Position numbers and translations under genes: made by a program. This document shows positions 51,490 to 64,000 of a stretch of 64,000 nt of DNA, in pieces (the first letter of the stretch is position 1; each line of letters starts with the position of its first letter). This DNA is from Felis catus (taxonomy: Eukaryota), in the NCBI RefSeq assembly GCF_018350175.1, contig NC_058383.1, positions 10,604,001 to 10,668,000 on the forward strand, in the 5' to 3' direction. The notes beneath the pieces were generated by a model, which was not told the DNA's origin, made no database searches, and saw only the letters and a program-made list of their open reading frames with translations.

Positions 51490-52850
51490 AACACGATTTC
51501 GGCGTCGATAGGTGACCATCGCCGAGGCGGGTGTGGGCGCACCCCAGACGCCCCACAACTGACTGCCTCCGGCGGAGGACAAGGTATACGGCAGCGTTTT
51601 CCGCCCGCCCGCCCGCTTGCGGCGCGGCGCGGCGGCCGGAGAAACGCGAGGCCACGTGAACGCGCGCCTGACCCCCGCCGCGCCAGGCCCCGCCCTCCCG
51701 CGCCCGCCCCAGCGCCGGCCCCTTTTGTTCCCTCCCGGAGCCGGGCCGCTCGCTCCGCTCCCGCTCAGCTCGGCTCGGCTCGGCTCGGCCGCGGGGCGCG
51801 CAGGCGGCGGCCGGGGCTGCTCGATCCGCGCCTCCCGCCTTCCCGCCGCCGCCGCCGCCCGGACGCGGCTGCGGCTGCGGCCGCGGAGCGTGGCCCGGGC
51901 CCGGAGCGCGAGCGCGGAGCCCCGGCCCCGGGAGGGGCTGCGGCCGGTGGGCAGCGGCGCGCGGGGAGGGGCCGCAGCATCCTCTCCCCCCGCGGCGTCC
52001 GGGCCGGGAGCGGAGGAGGCCGGGCGCCGGGCCTCCCGCAGCGCAGCCCGCAGCCGGAGGGGCGCAGGTAGGAGCGGCCGGAGGGCCCCCGGGGGAGGGG
52101 GCTCGCCGGGCAACAAAGGAGCGAGGGATGCGGGAGGCGGCGGCGGCCCGGCCTGAGCTGCAGCGGGGCGGCCGCCCGCAGGCATTGTCGGGGCGTGGGA
52201 GAGGCCGGAGGGCCGGGGGCCGGCGGGTGGGCGTGAGCGGGAGCTGCTCCCCGTGCACCCCCAACTTCCCTGTCGCCCGCAGGCGAGGAGAGGACGCTGC
52301 TGGCGTTGGTGGGGAGGGGGGTGCTTCCCGGGCTGCGAGTCCCTTCGGTGAAGGCATCTCCGGCACCGTCGGCGCCCGCATCCGCAGACTGGGATTCGGC
52401 ACATCTGTTGTGGGGGCTGCCTGTCCCGGCTCTCAAGGGCAGCGCCGGGAGGCCGGACGCGACGCAGGGCTCTCTGAGCTCCCAGGCGGTGGGGGAATGC
52501 GGGGGGGGGGGCACAGCCCGGTGGGCGCGGCCATACAGCCCCCTTTTCCAGACCCCGGGTCTGGGAGAACACGGAGCCCCCGCCCCGCCGGCTGGGGTCG
52601 CCCGGCCGATTCCCTTTGCAAAACTTGGTCGAAGTGCATGGTGGAGGGGGTATGGGGGAGACCGGGGCGGGGCGGCATCCCGCCAGGGGTGCCCCCCCAG
52701 GCTGGCGCTGGTAGCTGGTGAGGCAGCAGATTTTCTGCCCTCCCCACAGGGAGGGGCCATCGCCACCGAGATGCTCTGCTGGGCCTCCAGGGCGCGCCCG
52801 TTTGGGCCCTTCAGGCGGGGCTTGGGCGGGGCGGGTGCCCACTGGGCACT
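51490..52850. promoter_or_regulatory. CLIP2: Large CpG island; probable CLIP2 promoter
   Basis: Very high GC and CpG, multiple GC boxes, E-box CACGTG at 51653-51658. Lies ~28 kb upstream of the RFC2 start, divergent, as expected from synteny. Confidence 0.8.
51745..52067 (+). other. CLIP2: Probable non-coding first exon of CLIP2 (start approximate); sequence downstream to the window end is intron 1
   Basis: ATG-free GC-rich stretch with (GCTCG)n ending at donor GCAG|gtagga (52067/52068). Gene name is from synteny; no CLIP2 coding sequence is in the window. Confidence 0.65.
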
Positions 52851-53499
52851 GCCACGCAGGCCCTGGCCCCACCCTGGGAAGGACGGACAGAGGGGGCACC
52901 TTGCGGGGGGGGGGGGAGTCACACACCCAGCAGCGCGTTCCCAACCTTGGATACCCCGCTTCTCCAATATGAGGGGGGAGATGTCCTCACCCCTGTAAGA
53001 TGCCCAAGGGAGGTTAGTGGGGGTAGCAGTGGCCTAGGGCTGCTGGCAGAGGAGGAGGAGAGTGCAGGGAACACCACGTGGGGCAAGACTCCTCACCAGT
53101 TGTAATGTAAACAATGAGCCCTTCATTCATCCAGCTGCTGTCACCTGGCCCAGCACTGCCAGGAGCTGGCAGGTACACAGAACAGGGGCCTCGCTGCCCC
53201 CAAAGGGCACAGCCCTGCAAGTCTTGGTGGCTTGCTTGATGAGTGCCTTGGTGGGGTAGCTGGAAATACAGAGGAGGGACGCCTGGAGGACGGGGTGGAG
53301 CAGGAAGCTTGATGGGGGCACCGGGCATAAGTTTGCTGCCAGGATGCCACACAAGAGCTTCAGGCAGGAGAAGTAGCGGGGGTAAGTGGTTGGAGTCCTA
53401 AAAGGAGGCCTCCTGGCTGATGGGAAGGAGGAACAGTAAAGGATTTAGGTGATTGGGGCATGGGGTTTGAGGGAAGGGATTGTTCTGTCTCTTCTACTT

Positions 53500-53939
53500 T
53501 TTAAAAAAAATTTTTTAATGTTTATTTTTAAATGTTTTTATTTATTTTTGAGACAGAGAGAGAGCATGAGCAGGGGAGGGGCAGAGAGAGAGGGAGACAC
53601 AGAATCCGAAGCAGGCTCCAGGCTCTGAGCTGTCGGCAACAGAGCCTGACGGGGGGCTCGAACTCACGGAGGGTGAGATCATGACCTGAGCGGAAGTCGG
53701 ACGCTTAACTGACGGAGCCACCCAGGCGCCCCTAATGCTTATTTATTTTTGAGAGAGGAGAGAGAGACAGAGCACAAGCAGGGGAGGGGCAGAGAGAGAG
53801 GAAGACACAGAATCGAAAGCAGGCTTCAGGTTCTGAGCGGTCAGCATAGAGCCCGATGTGGGGCACGAACTCACGAGCTGTGAGATCATGACCTGAGCCG
53901 AAGTCGGCAGCTCAACCGACTGAGCCACCCGGGTGCCCC
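53500..53939 (-). mobile_element. Two tandem CAN-SINEs
   Basis: SINE motifs; flanking ctgtc(t/c)cttctactttt duplication. Confidence 0.92.
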
Positions 53940-54319
53940 TGTCCCTTCTACTTTTGCACATGGAGGGGCGGGGGGGGTGAGGGTGGAGGGGGTGGCCAGG
54001 CACCTTCCTCCAGGGGCTATAAGCCCAGATTGCACTGGCACCTGCAATGTCTGGCCCAGGAGAGACGTTGGGGTCTGGGCTCCGGGTCAGGTGGAGCGGG
54101 GAGGGTTGGAGTGGAGCTTCAAAGGCAGGGACTTTGCAGAAGGAACCCGGGAAGAGCCTCGGCTCACATGAGCTTTTGCACCAGCAAGCTTCTAGGTGCA
54201 CCCGGCAGGCTGGGAAGGTGCTCTCTGGAATTCTGCACCCGGAGCTCAAACTCCCAAGGAGGGCGACCCACCCACAGAGGTACCAACCCCCCTGCAGTAT
54301 CTGCTGCCTGATTTGGCGG

Positions 54320-54510
54320 TTAAGCGTTTGGATGCTGGCACCTGACAGCCTGGGTTCAGATTCCAGCTCTGTTCCTTCCTAGCTGTGTGACCTCGGACAA
54401 GTCACTGCACCTCTCTGCCTCAGTTTCCCTGTCTATAAAGTGAGGGTGCTTATGGTATCCACCTTTTAGCGTTGTTGTGAGAACCGAACGGATGGATGTG
54501 TGTGAAGTAC
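54320..54510 (+). mobile_element. MIR
   Basis: ctgggttcagattccagctct...tagctgtgtgacctcggacaagtcact..cctctctgcctcagtttccc core. Confidence 0.85.
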
Positions 54511-54854
54511 GTGCGCTGTGACAGGGCGGGTGACCAGTGTTCATCGCTGCTCTACCCACATAGCTCCCGTCCACACACACGTGGCTTGTCCCGTCCCCCA
54601 GCTTGTGTCCGTGCTGGGGCAGCCGTGCCTGCCTGTTGGCCGCTCACCGCGGTCTCCTCCCAGAGCTGGCCCCTCCATTCTGGTCCTTGACGTGGGGGAC
54701 AGTTCCCTCCTGGTGTCCTCTCCCTGGGCCCGCCACCCTGAAGGTTGACCCTGCCCTCCTGATGCCCTCTCCCCGCACCTCTGCTTCCGTGCTCAGAGGA
54801 GGGGCCAGCGGCCTTCCTGACCCTGCTGGTTCCCTGCCGGCCTCATCTAAGCAG

Positions 54855-55195
54855 TGGTGACAAAATACCACGGACCAGGTGGCTTATACCCAGCAGAAAT
54901 CGATTTCTCACAGTTCTGGAGTCTGGAAGTCCAAGATCAGGGTGCCAGCATGTTCCAGGGGAGGCCCTCTTCCGGGTTGCACACTTCCTGTATTTACACG
55001 GCAGAAGGGGCTGCGGAACAGTCCGGGGTCCCTTTTATGAGGACACTGATCCTGTCCTGGAGGGCCCCTCCCTCCTGACCCTGTCACTTCCCAAGGCCCC
55101 TGGCCTCCTGACAATGTCACCTCACGTTGGGGCCTCGGTTTCAACATATGAATGTGGAGGTTGGGGGGGGGGTAGTCACAAACGTTCAGACCGAA
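54855..55195 (-). mobile_element. MLT1-type MaLR solo LTR
   Basis: acaaaataccac..ggtggctta..tttctcacagttctggag.ctggaagtccaagatca.ggtgccagca. Confidence 0.85.
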
Positions 55196-57659
55196 CCACC
55201 TGCCTGATGGCTCTTGGGGGGGATGGGGAACCCCAGCTTTCGTGTAGGTTTTTAAGAAAACAACACATACCGAGGGCTTACTCTGTGCCAGGAACCTTCG
55301 GCGAGCTCTCTAAATGCGTGTTTCCGTTTGTGGACATCTTCACGATGCTGCCTGCATTTTACAGATGAGGATGTCGGGGCACAGAGAGGTTTCCCTGTTG
55401 GCCTTTCGTGCGTCAAGCACCTACCGGGTGCCTGGGGGACACGCTACCATGTGCGTTTCACTAAAGCCTGGTTTGGGCCGTGCCTTCCTCAGACACCACC
55501 CCGGTTGCCCAAGTGCAAAGTCCAAGCACTTTCTGGCTCCCGCCCCCCCAGCTGGCTGTGCCTTGGCTTCCCGGCCGGCTCTCCCCACCCACCCACGCTG
55601 GCCTTACCCAGAAGTGTCTCAGCCTTAATGAGCTGGGAGCGGTGGGCGTGGCTTGGTGAGCAGGGAGGGGCCTGACCCACGTCTTCGGGATTATTTTCTT
55701 ACAGGGGAACAGGAAGCTTCTCCAATTAGGTTAAGTGAAAGGAGAGTTCGGAGGGAAAGGAAACTTCTGCAGCAAACAGTTGCAGGCCGCCCGGCTCCCC
55801 CAGGACCCGGGATGCTGGCAGACAGCCCCGCCTCTGGTTTTCCTCTTTTCTGGACTGCGGTTTCATTTTCTCTGCCTCTCATCTTCTCTCCTGGTAGGCT
55901 GTGTCTCTCTGGGTTGCTGATGTGACTGCCCCGAGTGGGGGCTTTAGCTTGAGGCCACAGGACCTCCTGCGGACACTCCCCTCAGTCTTGGGGTGCTGGA
56001 GAGACCAACCCGGCACCGGCACGGCACCGGCACCGGCTTGGGCGCCCAGCTGGTGGGCGGCAGGCCATGTGATCTCTGGGGCTGGGGGTGGGGGCGGGGA
56101 AACGGTGCCGGGCACCAACTACAGTGTCAGCCGCTGGAGGATGCCCACGTGGTGTGTGCTGGGGGAGGACGGGTGAGCGGGGCATCGCTAGCCTGGAAAA
56201 CTATCTGACGGGAGAGGCGGACCCAGAGCCAGTTAACTGCGGTCTCCACTGCGGTCTCCACCTCCAGGCAGCGGCATTTGTTGGGAGTAGCTGGAGTGGC
56301 CCAGCCTGGCCGGCGTGGGGACCGAGGGTGCCCTCCCCACCCCCAGCCCGGGCTCAGGAGCAGATGAGGCTCCTCCCTTCAGGACCTGGAGACCTGGGCC
56401 ACCCCACTGCCCACCCTGTCCCACCGCCCCCTTCCAGGGCTGCCGGGGTCGGCGCACAGAAACAGGAATACAAAACTCAGGGTCTCAGAGGAAATACTTG
56501 AAAACGACAATGGAGTGTGTCCCTTCTGAATAGAAAGCTGATGGGACGCGTGGGTGGCTCCGTTGGTTAAGCGGCCAACTTCAGCTCAGGTCACGATCTC
56601 ACCGTCCGTGGGTTCAAGCCCCTCGTCAGGCTCTGTGCTGACAGCTCGGAGCCTGGAGTTTGCTTCGGATTCTGTGTCTCCCTCTCTGTCTCTCTCTGCC
56701 CCTCCTCCACTTGTGCTCTGTCTCTCTCTCTTTCAAAATAATAAATAAGCATTAAAAAATAAATAAATAGAAAGCAGAGCATGTCAGGTGGTTTTTATCA
56801 ACAAGGTGTAAATTCGGGCCCTGGCCCACCTAATGCTTCTGTCTTCCCTGGGCAGCTCTTGGTACATCTCTGGAATCTGCCTTTGACTCTGCCCAGGAAA
56901 ACACCTGCTCTGCACACATCCCTTTTCACCCTCGTGGCCTCTTTGCCACGAGGGGGTGGACTTTCAGGCTCACAAGGAGTCCCTGTTTTTCCAGCCTGGA
57001 GTTCTCAGCCTAAAGCCCACCACTCGTGTGGTCCCTAAGTCACTTGTGGTCCCACAAGTGTGTCACCCTAAGTCAAGTGTGAAGCTGGACGCTGCCACAA
57101 GGGAGGGGGCAGCATTTGGTGCCCGGGGATGGTTTGCTGCCTTGTGTCCTCATTCTGCTCAGGCTGTTCCCTTTTCTACTGTGGACTGTTCCTTGCATAA
57201 ATTCGTGGGTTCTCCGACACAGCTCACACTTCAGTGTCTGTGCCAGGGGTTGTGCCCAGTACCGGGAGCTCAGGGCGGAGGAGGGGAGACATCCGAGAGG
57301 GTCTTGTGTGTTCTTTGTGTGACTCCAGAAAGGGCTGGAGATGATTCGCAAAGGTAAACGCCCCATAACGAGATGAAAATGACCGGGGTAAAGAGCAAAG
57401 CCGGGGAGGCAAAAATCAAACGAAGCTGGAGGGGCTGCCGTACCTTCCGTGGCAGGTAACTTGCCTCTGAGCTTTCTAGTAGCCTGATCTGAGGGCGAGG
57501 CAGGTGTTTTGAGCGGTTGTATTGTCACCTCGCTCCTGTGAGCCCTGCTGTATATACCACTAAAGCCTAAGGGTCGGGCTGCCAGCCATTGTGGTCCTGG
57601 TATGGCGCTTGGTCCAGAAGGTAGAGGGTGAGAGCGGCTGCCTTCTGATCTTCCTTTCT

Positions 57660-58100
57660 TTACGTTTTTTTTTAAAGTTTATTTATTTGTCTTGAAAGAG
57701 ACAGACAGCGTGAGCAGGGGAGGGACAGAGAGAGAGGGAGAGAGAGAGAGAGAGAAAATCCCAAGCAGGCTCCATACCATCAGCGCACAGCCCAATGTGG
57801 GGCTCAAACTCATGAAACCCCGAGATCGTGACTTGAGACGAAACCAAGAGTCGGACACTTAACCGACTGAGCCACCTAGGCGCCCCTCTGTCTTTAAATT
57901 TTTAAAAAATGTTTGTTTATTTTTGAGAGAAATTGAGAGAGAGAACAAGCGAGTGTGAGTGGAGGAGGGGCAAAGAAAGACGGAGATCCAGAATCCGAAG
58001 CAGGCTCCGGGCTCTGAGCTGTCAGCACAGAGCCCGACTTGGGGCTTGAACTCACGAACCATGAGATTATGACTTGAGCCAAAGTTGGATGCTTAACCGA
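57660..58100 (-). mobile_element. Two CAN-SINEs
   Basis: SINE motifs; flanking ctgccttctgatctt duplication. Confidence 0.92.
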
Positions 58101-58659
58101 CTGAGCTACCCAGGTGACTCTGCCTTCTGATCTTTCTAAGCCTCCTCCTGGAGGGTCCCTGTGGACCGCTGAGAGCCAGGGTTCCTGCTCACAGCCAGCC
58201 TGTTCACTGGGGTCTGCCTGGCCCCAGGGGTGCGTGAGAGCGGATGAGCTAGGAGCCACACTGGCTCCTGCCCAAGAATCCCCATCTCCCGAGGAGGCGT
58301 GGGGGACATGATACAGGGAGTGTACCCAGTCGGCCCCAGGAGTTGGCTGAAGGATAGAAGAAGGGTGAAGGCGTCTGGCAGAATGAGCGACCGGGGGAGG
58401 GGTCTTAGGGAGCAATGAGAAACTCAAGGAAGCTGGAACGAAGGGTGCTGGTGGACAGGGTTCCCAGGAAATGAGGCCAGAGGCAGGTAAGGCCTAGGCT
58501 AGTGGGCAGAGAGACCACAGGCCATGGCCTTGGCACCCAGGGCTGGGGGGTGTCCTCCTGGCCTTGTCCTTGAAACCTCTGCCCTGCCCCCCCCCCCCAA
58601 CCTGGGTGTCAGGAGGAGAGTTGGTCTTGATTCTGAGGAAGTCAAGAAAGGAAGTCAAG

Positions 58660-58870
58660 AAGGGTGGTTAAGAACTCAGGCTGTGTGGCCAGAGGGCCCG
58701 AGTTCGAATTCCACGTCTACTATTGGATCAGTTGTGTCACCCTAAGCAAACGATTGACCACTCCAGGCCTCAGTTTCCCACTAGTAAAGTGGGTGGAATT
58801 CATAACAGGGCTGTTGCAGAGGTTAAATGAGGTAGTATTTATAAAGCACTTGGGCCGGCGTGTGGAGCAG
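58660..58870 (+). mobile_element. MIR
   Basis: gcctcagtttccc..gtaaagtgggt..cagggctgttgcagaggttaaatgag..taaagcactt. Confidence 0.8.
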
Positions 58871-60286
58871 AACAGATATTGTGGGTCTGTGTCTCTTTAG
58901 GCTGGAACAGCTCAGCAGAAGAGGGGGGGGCCCATCCCACCTGGACCCCCTACACCAGGTGCACCCACACAGGCTCTGAGTCCAGCACACTGAAGAATCA
59001 AGCTCTGTGACAGAGAGTGGTGTGGACCTGGGGTCACCCTTCCAGCCCTGAGTAGGGGGGCGGTGCTCAACATAGTTGGTTAGTGTTGTTATGGACAGTA
59101 ATAGTAGCTGTGTGAGTTTGGGAGAGCCTCGCGGGGCAGCTGTGCCACCTGGAGCAGATACCTGCTCTGAGAACAGGTCTTGGTCTCTGCTTGATCTCCT
59201 CCAGTGATGGGGGGCTCACTGCCTGCCTCTTTGTTCATTGGACCCAAATGTGGTTAGCATCCACTCTGTGCCCGATGCTAATTGTTGGGAACCTTCTGCC
59301 CTTCCCAGAGCTCGCTCCAAGCCGGCCAGTGAGTGCGGCTGTGGTGTGTGAACAAGCTGCCATGGATGTGGAGAGGAAGAGGGTGGTGGCGGAGGGAGGG
59401 CGTTTCCACGGGTTCGTGTTTCCTTCATTCATTCGCGTGCTCGTTAGGCGTTTTGAGCTGCTGCATGTGCTGGGCGCTGTCCTAGGTACCGAGAGCTCAG
59501 CAATGGATATGATCTGCAAAGAATCTGCCCTCTTGAAGCTGCCGTCAGCAAGATGTGAGGGAGTTTGCCAGCGGATGAGAGGACCAGCATTAGGCAGAAG
59601 GAACAGTGTTTGCAAAGGCCTGGGGATGTGGTAGGATGCGTATGGGTGTGGGTGGGCGTCTGTGGCATTCAGGCAGCTTTTGGTGGCTGGGGGTGGTGGC
59701 TGCCTTTCTGGAAGCACTAAAACACCATGAGGGCTTCTTAGTGACTGACCTCATCCCTGGGGCCACCAGGTTCTGCCCCTCCTCCGCCCATCCCATCCCA
59801 TCACCCACCCACAGCCCTGGGTTGCCCTTTGTCCTTCAGAGGTTTAGATGGGGCCCCTGGCCCCCTGGCTGGTTCATGCGTTCTCCAGGCTGCCTCGTGG
59901 GCCCTGGATTGCATTCTGCCCCCACAGGCCCAGACCTCAGGGGGGCTCAGCCTCCTCCCTGCAGGGCAAGGCTCGAGAGAGGATGCTGGGGTGCTGACTT
60001 GGCATGCCTTGTTCAGGGAGGAAGGTTGGTGTTCGGGAAGGTTGTGCAGTGAGCACGGCACCGCTGTGGGTCAGGCCCCGGGTGCTTGACGTCCATGGGG
60101 CTTGGGCCTGCCCGCAGGGAGCTTGCAGAACTGCGGGGAGCCAGAGGCCCCGTGGGTCCCCATGGTTAGGCACCACCGCCCGGGGCTGTCTGATAGGCGG
60201 GAAGGACCCAGAGGGGCTGGGACCACCCCTGCTTCCTCCACTTCCGCTGCCACCCACCCCCAGCCCAGGTAATTAAAAAGAATTTT

Positions 60287-62470
60287 AGGGGCGCCTGGGT
60301 GGCTCAGTCGGTTAAGCGTCCGACTTCGGCTCAGGTCACGATCTCACGGTTCGGTCCGTGAGTTCGAGCCCCGCGTCGGCTCTGTGCTGACTGCTCAGAG
60401 CCTGGAGCCTGTTTCAGATTGTGTCTCCCTCTCTCTCTGACCCTCCCCCGTTCATGCTCTGCCTCTGTCTCAAAATAAATAAACGTTAAAAAAATTAAAA
60501 AAAGAAGAAAAAGAATTTTAAAGCCTTTTTATTGAAATACAGTATCCACGCAGAAAAGTGTGCATGACATAAGCATACTTGGTGAAGTTTCCAAACTGAA
60601 ATCCTTGTATAATGAGAGCCTGCTGGCTCCCCAGAACCTCTCCTGTTGTCCTTCCGGTCAGTACTCCTGACCCAAGGGGGACCCCTTCCCTGATTTTTTT
60701 TTTTATGTTTATGTATTTATTTTTGAGAGAGAGTGCTAGTGGGGGAGGGGCAGAGAGAGAGGGAGAGAGAATCCCAAGCAGGCCCCACACTCTCAGCAAC
60801 AGAGCCCGATGTGGGGCTCGAACCCACGATCGAGTGAGATGATGGCCTGAGCGGAAATCAAGAACCATATACTTAACTGACTGAGCCACCCAGGAGCCCC
60901 CCTGGTTTTTGATATCATCGGTAATGATTGTCCACTGACTTCATTTTTATTTATTTGTTTGTTTATATTTATGTACGTATTTAAAGTTTCTTTATTTTGG
61001 AGTGCCCAGGTGGCTCAGTCAGTTAAGCATCTGACTTTGGCTCAGGTGATGATCTCACAGTTGGTGGGTTCGAGCCCCGCATCAGGCTCTGTGCCGACAG
61101 CTCAGAGCCTGGAGCCTGCTTCGGATTCTGTGTCTCCCTCTCTCTCTCTCTGCCCCTCCCCCACTCACACTCTGCCTCTCCTGCTCTCAAAAATAAATAA
61201 ACATTAAAAAAATTAAAAAAAAATAACACACAAGTGTATAATCACAGAGCTCAGACACGTGGTTGCATAGAGTTGTAGTTCATTCATTTGCATTGCTGTA
61301 TTTTCTTCCATTGCAGGAAGAGAGCCCGCCTTAGTTACTCCTTCTCACGGGGTTGGATATTTGGGTTACTTTCAGTTTAGGAGCATTAGAACAGTCTGTC
61401 CTTGGGGCACTTATGTCCGCATTCCTTTTGGGGGCGTGCCTAGGAGTGGCGTCTCTGGGTCGAGATCAGGGTTAGTAGGTGAGATCAAACTGGTTTCCAA
61501 ATCGCTTACCAGTTGACTCTCATCTCGGCAGTGGGCGAGCGGTCTGGACATTCTGCAGCCTCACCCATCCCTCGTGTGTCTGCTTCACTTTCTGCGTTCT
61601 GGTGAATATGGCGTTAGCCAGACGAGCAACAAAGGAGAATGTCTTTCCATGTGTTTGTTGGTCTTTTAAATACCCTCTTTTCATGTAGTGCTCTTTGAGG
61701 TGTCTTGCTGATCCTTCCAACTTGATTTGTTGGACTTCTCTCTGTATTCTGAATATGAATCATTCTTGGAATGTAGGGCTTGCAAATGTTTTCCCCTTCT
61801 GTGGCTCATTCCTCACACAACACTGTCTCTCTGTCTCTCAGTGGTATCATTTGACGTACAGAAACTCTTAATCTTTTTTTTTTTAATTAAAAAAAAATAT
61901 GTACTTAAGGGTGCCCAGGTGGCTCAGTCAGTTAAACCTCCGACTTGGGCTCAGGTCATGATCTCGCGGTTTTTGAGTTCGAGCCCCGCGTCGGGCTCTG
62001 TGCTGACAGCTCAGAGCCTAGAGTCTGCTTCAGATTCTGTGTCTCCATCTTTCGCTGCCCCTCCCCTGCTCACGCTCTCTCAAAAATAAACAAAAAACAT
62101 TAAAAAATTTTGTTTTGAGACAGAGAGAGCAAGCAGGGGAGGGGCAGAGAGAGGGAGAGAGAGAATCCCAAGCAGGCTCTGTGCTGTCAGCACAGAGCCC
62201 GACGTGGGGCTTGATCCCACAGACCATGAGCTCATGACCTGAGCCGAAATCAAGAGTCAGACACTTAACTGAGCCACCAGGTGCCCCCCAAAGCTCTTAA
62301 TCTGGTCCAATTTATCCGTCCTTTCCCTGTCTTCTGGTACTTTCTGTGTCCTGTTAAGAAATCTTTGCCTATCTCAGTCTTTATTTATGTCTCTTAAATA
62401 CTGTATTGTTTTGCCTTTCACGGTTAGACCTGCTGTCCCTCTGGGATTGGTTTTCGTGTATGACGTGAAA
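60287..62470. mobile_element. Old L1M relic (-) carrying five CAN-SINEs
   Basis: ttcattcatttgcattgctgta, ttaagaaatctttgccta; SINE motifs. Confidence 0.75.
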
Positions 62471-62474
62471 TAAA

Positions 62475-63000
62475 CATACTGGTCTCCCTTTGCTGCCCTG
62501 ACAAATGACCACAAACACAGTGGCCCTCAAACAGCACAGATGTATTATTTTAGATTTATGGAGGCCAGAAGTCTGAAATGGATCTCTCCCGGCTAAAATC
62601 AGGATGTCAGCAGGGCCGTGTTCCTTCTAGAGGCTCGGGGAAGAATCTGTTTCTTGCCCTTCTCCAGCTCCTAGAGGCTGCCCGCATTCTTTGCCTGGTG
62701 GCCCCTTCCTCCATCTTCAAAGCTACCAATGTCACCCTGAGTTATGGGCACGCTGCCATCCCTGTGATTCTGTCCCTCCTGCCTCCCTCTTGCACTTGTA
62801 AGGACGCTTGTGATCACATTGGGCCCGCCTGGATAATCCAGAATAATCTTCCCATCTGGAGGTCGGCTGACTAGCATCCTTAAATTCCATCTACAACCTC
62901 AGTTTCCCTTTGCCATGTGTAAGCTAACATCGTTAACACATTCCAGGGATAGGGACATGAAAATCGTTGGCGGGAGGGGGGGGGGCATTGTTCTATCAAC
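62475..63000 (-). mobile_element. MLT1-type MaLR solo LTR
   Basis: acaaatgaccacaaac..ggaggccagaagtctgaaatg..cagcagggc.gtgttccttct.gaggctc..gataatccagaataatct. Confidence 0.85.
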
Positions 63001-63656
63001 CATGGGTGGGTCATGATTTGTTTTTCCCTATGTGGTTATGGGGACCCAGAACCACTTGTTGTAAAGATCATCCTTGGCTCAGGGGTATTTTTTAAGTTGC
63101 TTGTGCAGATTCTAACCCTAGGGAGGAGGCCTGGCTGGCTGGGTTAGGGAGGAGACCCCGGGTGTTGGGGTGTTTCCTGGCCTACGTGTGTTGGATGTAG
63201 TTGCAGCGAAAAGAGACTAGGTCAGGGCACTGGCCTGGGAGACAGGACGCAGGAGCGCTTTCCTGCCTGTTCTGCCTAGATCGCTAGGTGACCTCAGCAG
63301 GCGCCTTCCCTCCCTCAGCCTCTGACCGCTTCTGGTCTCAGGGACCCCTCTGCCCAACACACGTTTTCGGTCACTTGGACGCTTGAATCTCATCGTCCTG
63401 TTCACTTGCTCTGTGACCATCAGCCTGGGCCTCAGTTTCCCATTCTGTGAAATGGGAATAAAGGTGGGTCAGAGGGCAACTTGAGTCATGTTGTTCCCAA
63501 GCCCTTCTCCTTGGGCCTGGCCGGGACCTCATCCAGCGGAGCCAGGCTGGGTCAGTGGCAGGAGGGCCCCAGCTGTCCAGTCGCTGGGGCCATGAGTGGC
63601 CCACAGTCAGGAGCAGGTTCTCGGCGCCATGGTTGTCCCCTGGTTCTGAACGTGCC

Positions 63657-63659
<3 letters not shown>

Positions 63660-63700
<41 letters not shown>

Positions 63701-63711
63701 GTGTGTGTGTA
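63660..63711. repeat. (GT)n microsatellite
   Basis: Directly visible. Confidence 0.97.
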
Positions 63712-64000
63712 AGGCCAGGAAGTATATTGACATTGGTGTCCCTTCCCCTCCCCAGACCCGACACAGCCCTGGTCCCCTCTGCTCTGCCGAGGACAGCATC
63801 TGAACCACCTCCAAGCTTGAGGGACGATGGCCGCGCTCCAGTGTGTGCAGCTCAGGTGAGACTGACAGGCCGGTCACTCCCAGGGCTCCGGAGTCACCCC
63901 GGGCCACGGGCAGGACAGGGAAGATGCTAGCTTACAAACTGGGATCTACAGCCCTGAGCTCAGAGGCCGAGAGGTGCGAGGATGCTGAGCACGGGAGCCC

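Noticed and set aside
51289..52998. Long overlapping ORFs (up to 527 aa) on both strands
   Set aside because: Pro/Arg/Gly/Ala low-complexity frames caused by stop-codon scarcity in a CpG island; no recognisable domain.

Overview
Mammalian genomic DNA, almost certainly a felid. It carries roughly 65-70 tRNA-derived carnivore CAN-SINEs by eye count, many of SINEC_Fc type. The window is syntenic to the human Williams-Beuren region (LAT2-RFC2-CLIP2). It contains the complete RFC2 gene on the minus strand: 11 coding exons from 23599 to 4486, all introns GT-AG, 1059 nt, 352 aa, with intact RFC box II, Walker A, Walker B and SRC motifs and a CpG-island promoter. The probable non-coding last exon of LAT2 starts at ~1429 (+). 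The CpG-island promoter and non-coding first exon of CLIP2 lie at ~51500-52067 (+), followed by intron 1. The rest is SINEs, L1/L2/MIR relics, hAT MERs, MaLR LTRs and microsatellites. Almost all ORFs in the supplied track are spurious. I found no evidence of a new gene or multi-gene system. The best leads are structural: a near-perfect inverted duplication bracketing a 2.5-kb block, an internal L1 ORF2 fragment with TSD-like flanks, a 28-bp head-plus-tail mini-SINE with a perfect 15-bp TSD, and SINEs that may have reshaped the RFC2 and LAT2 3' ends. Gene names for the non-coding exons and all repeat family names rest on recall and synteny, not a database search.
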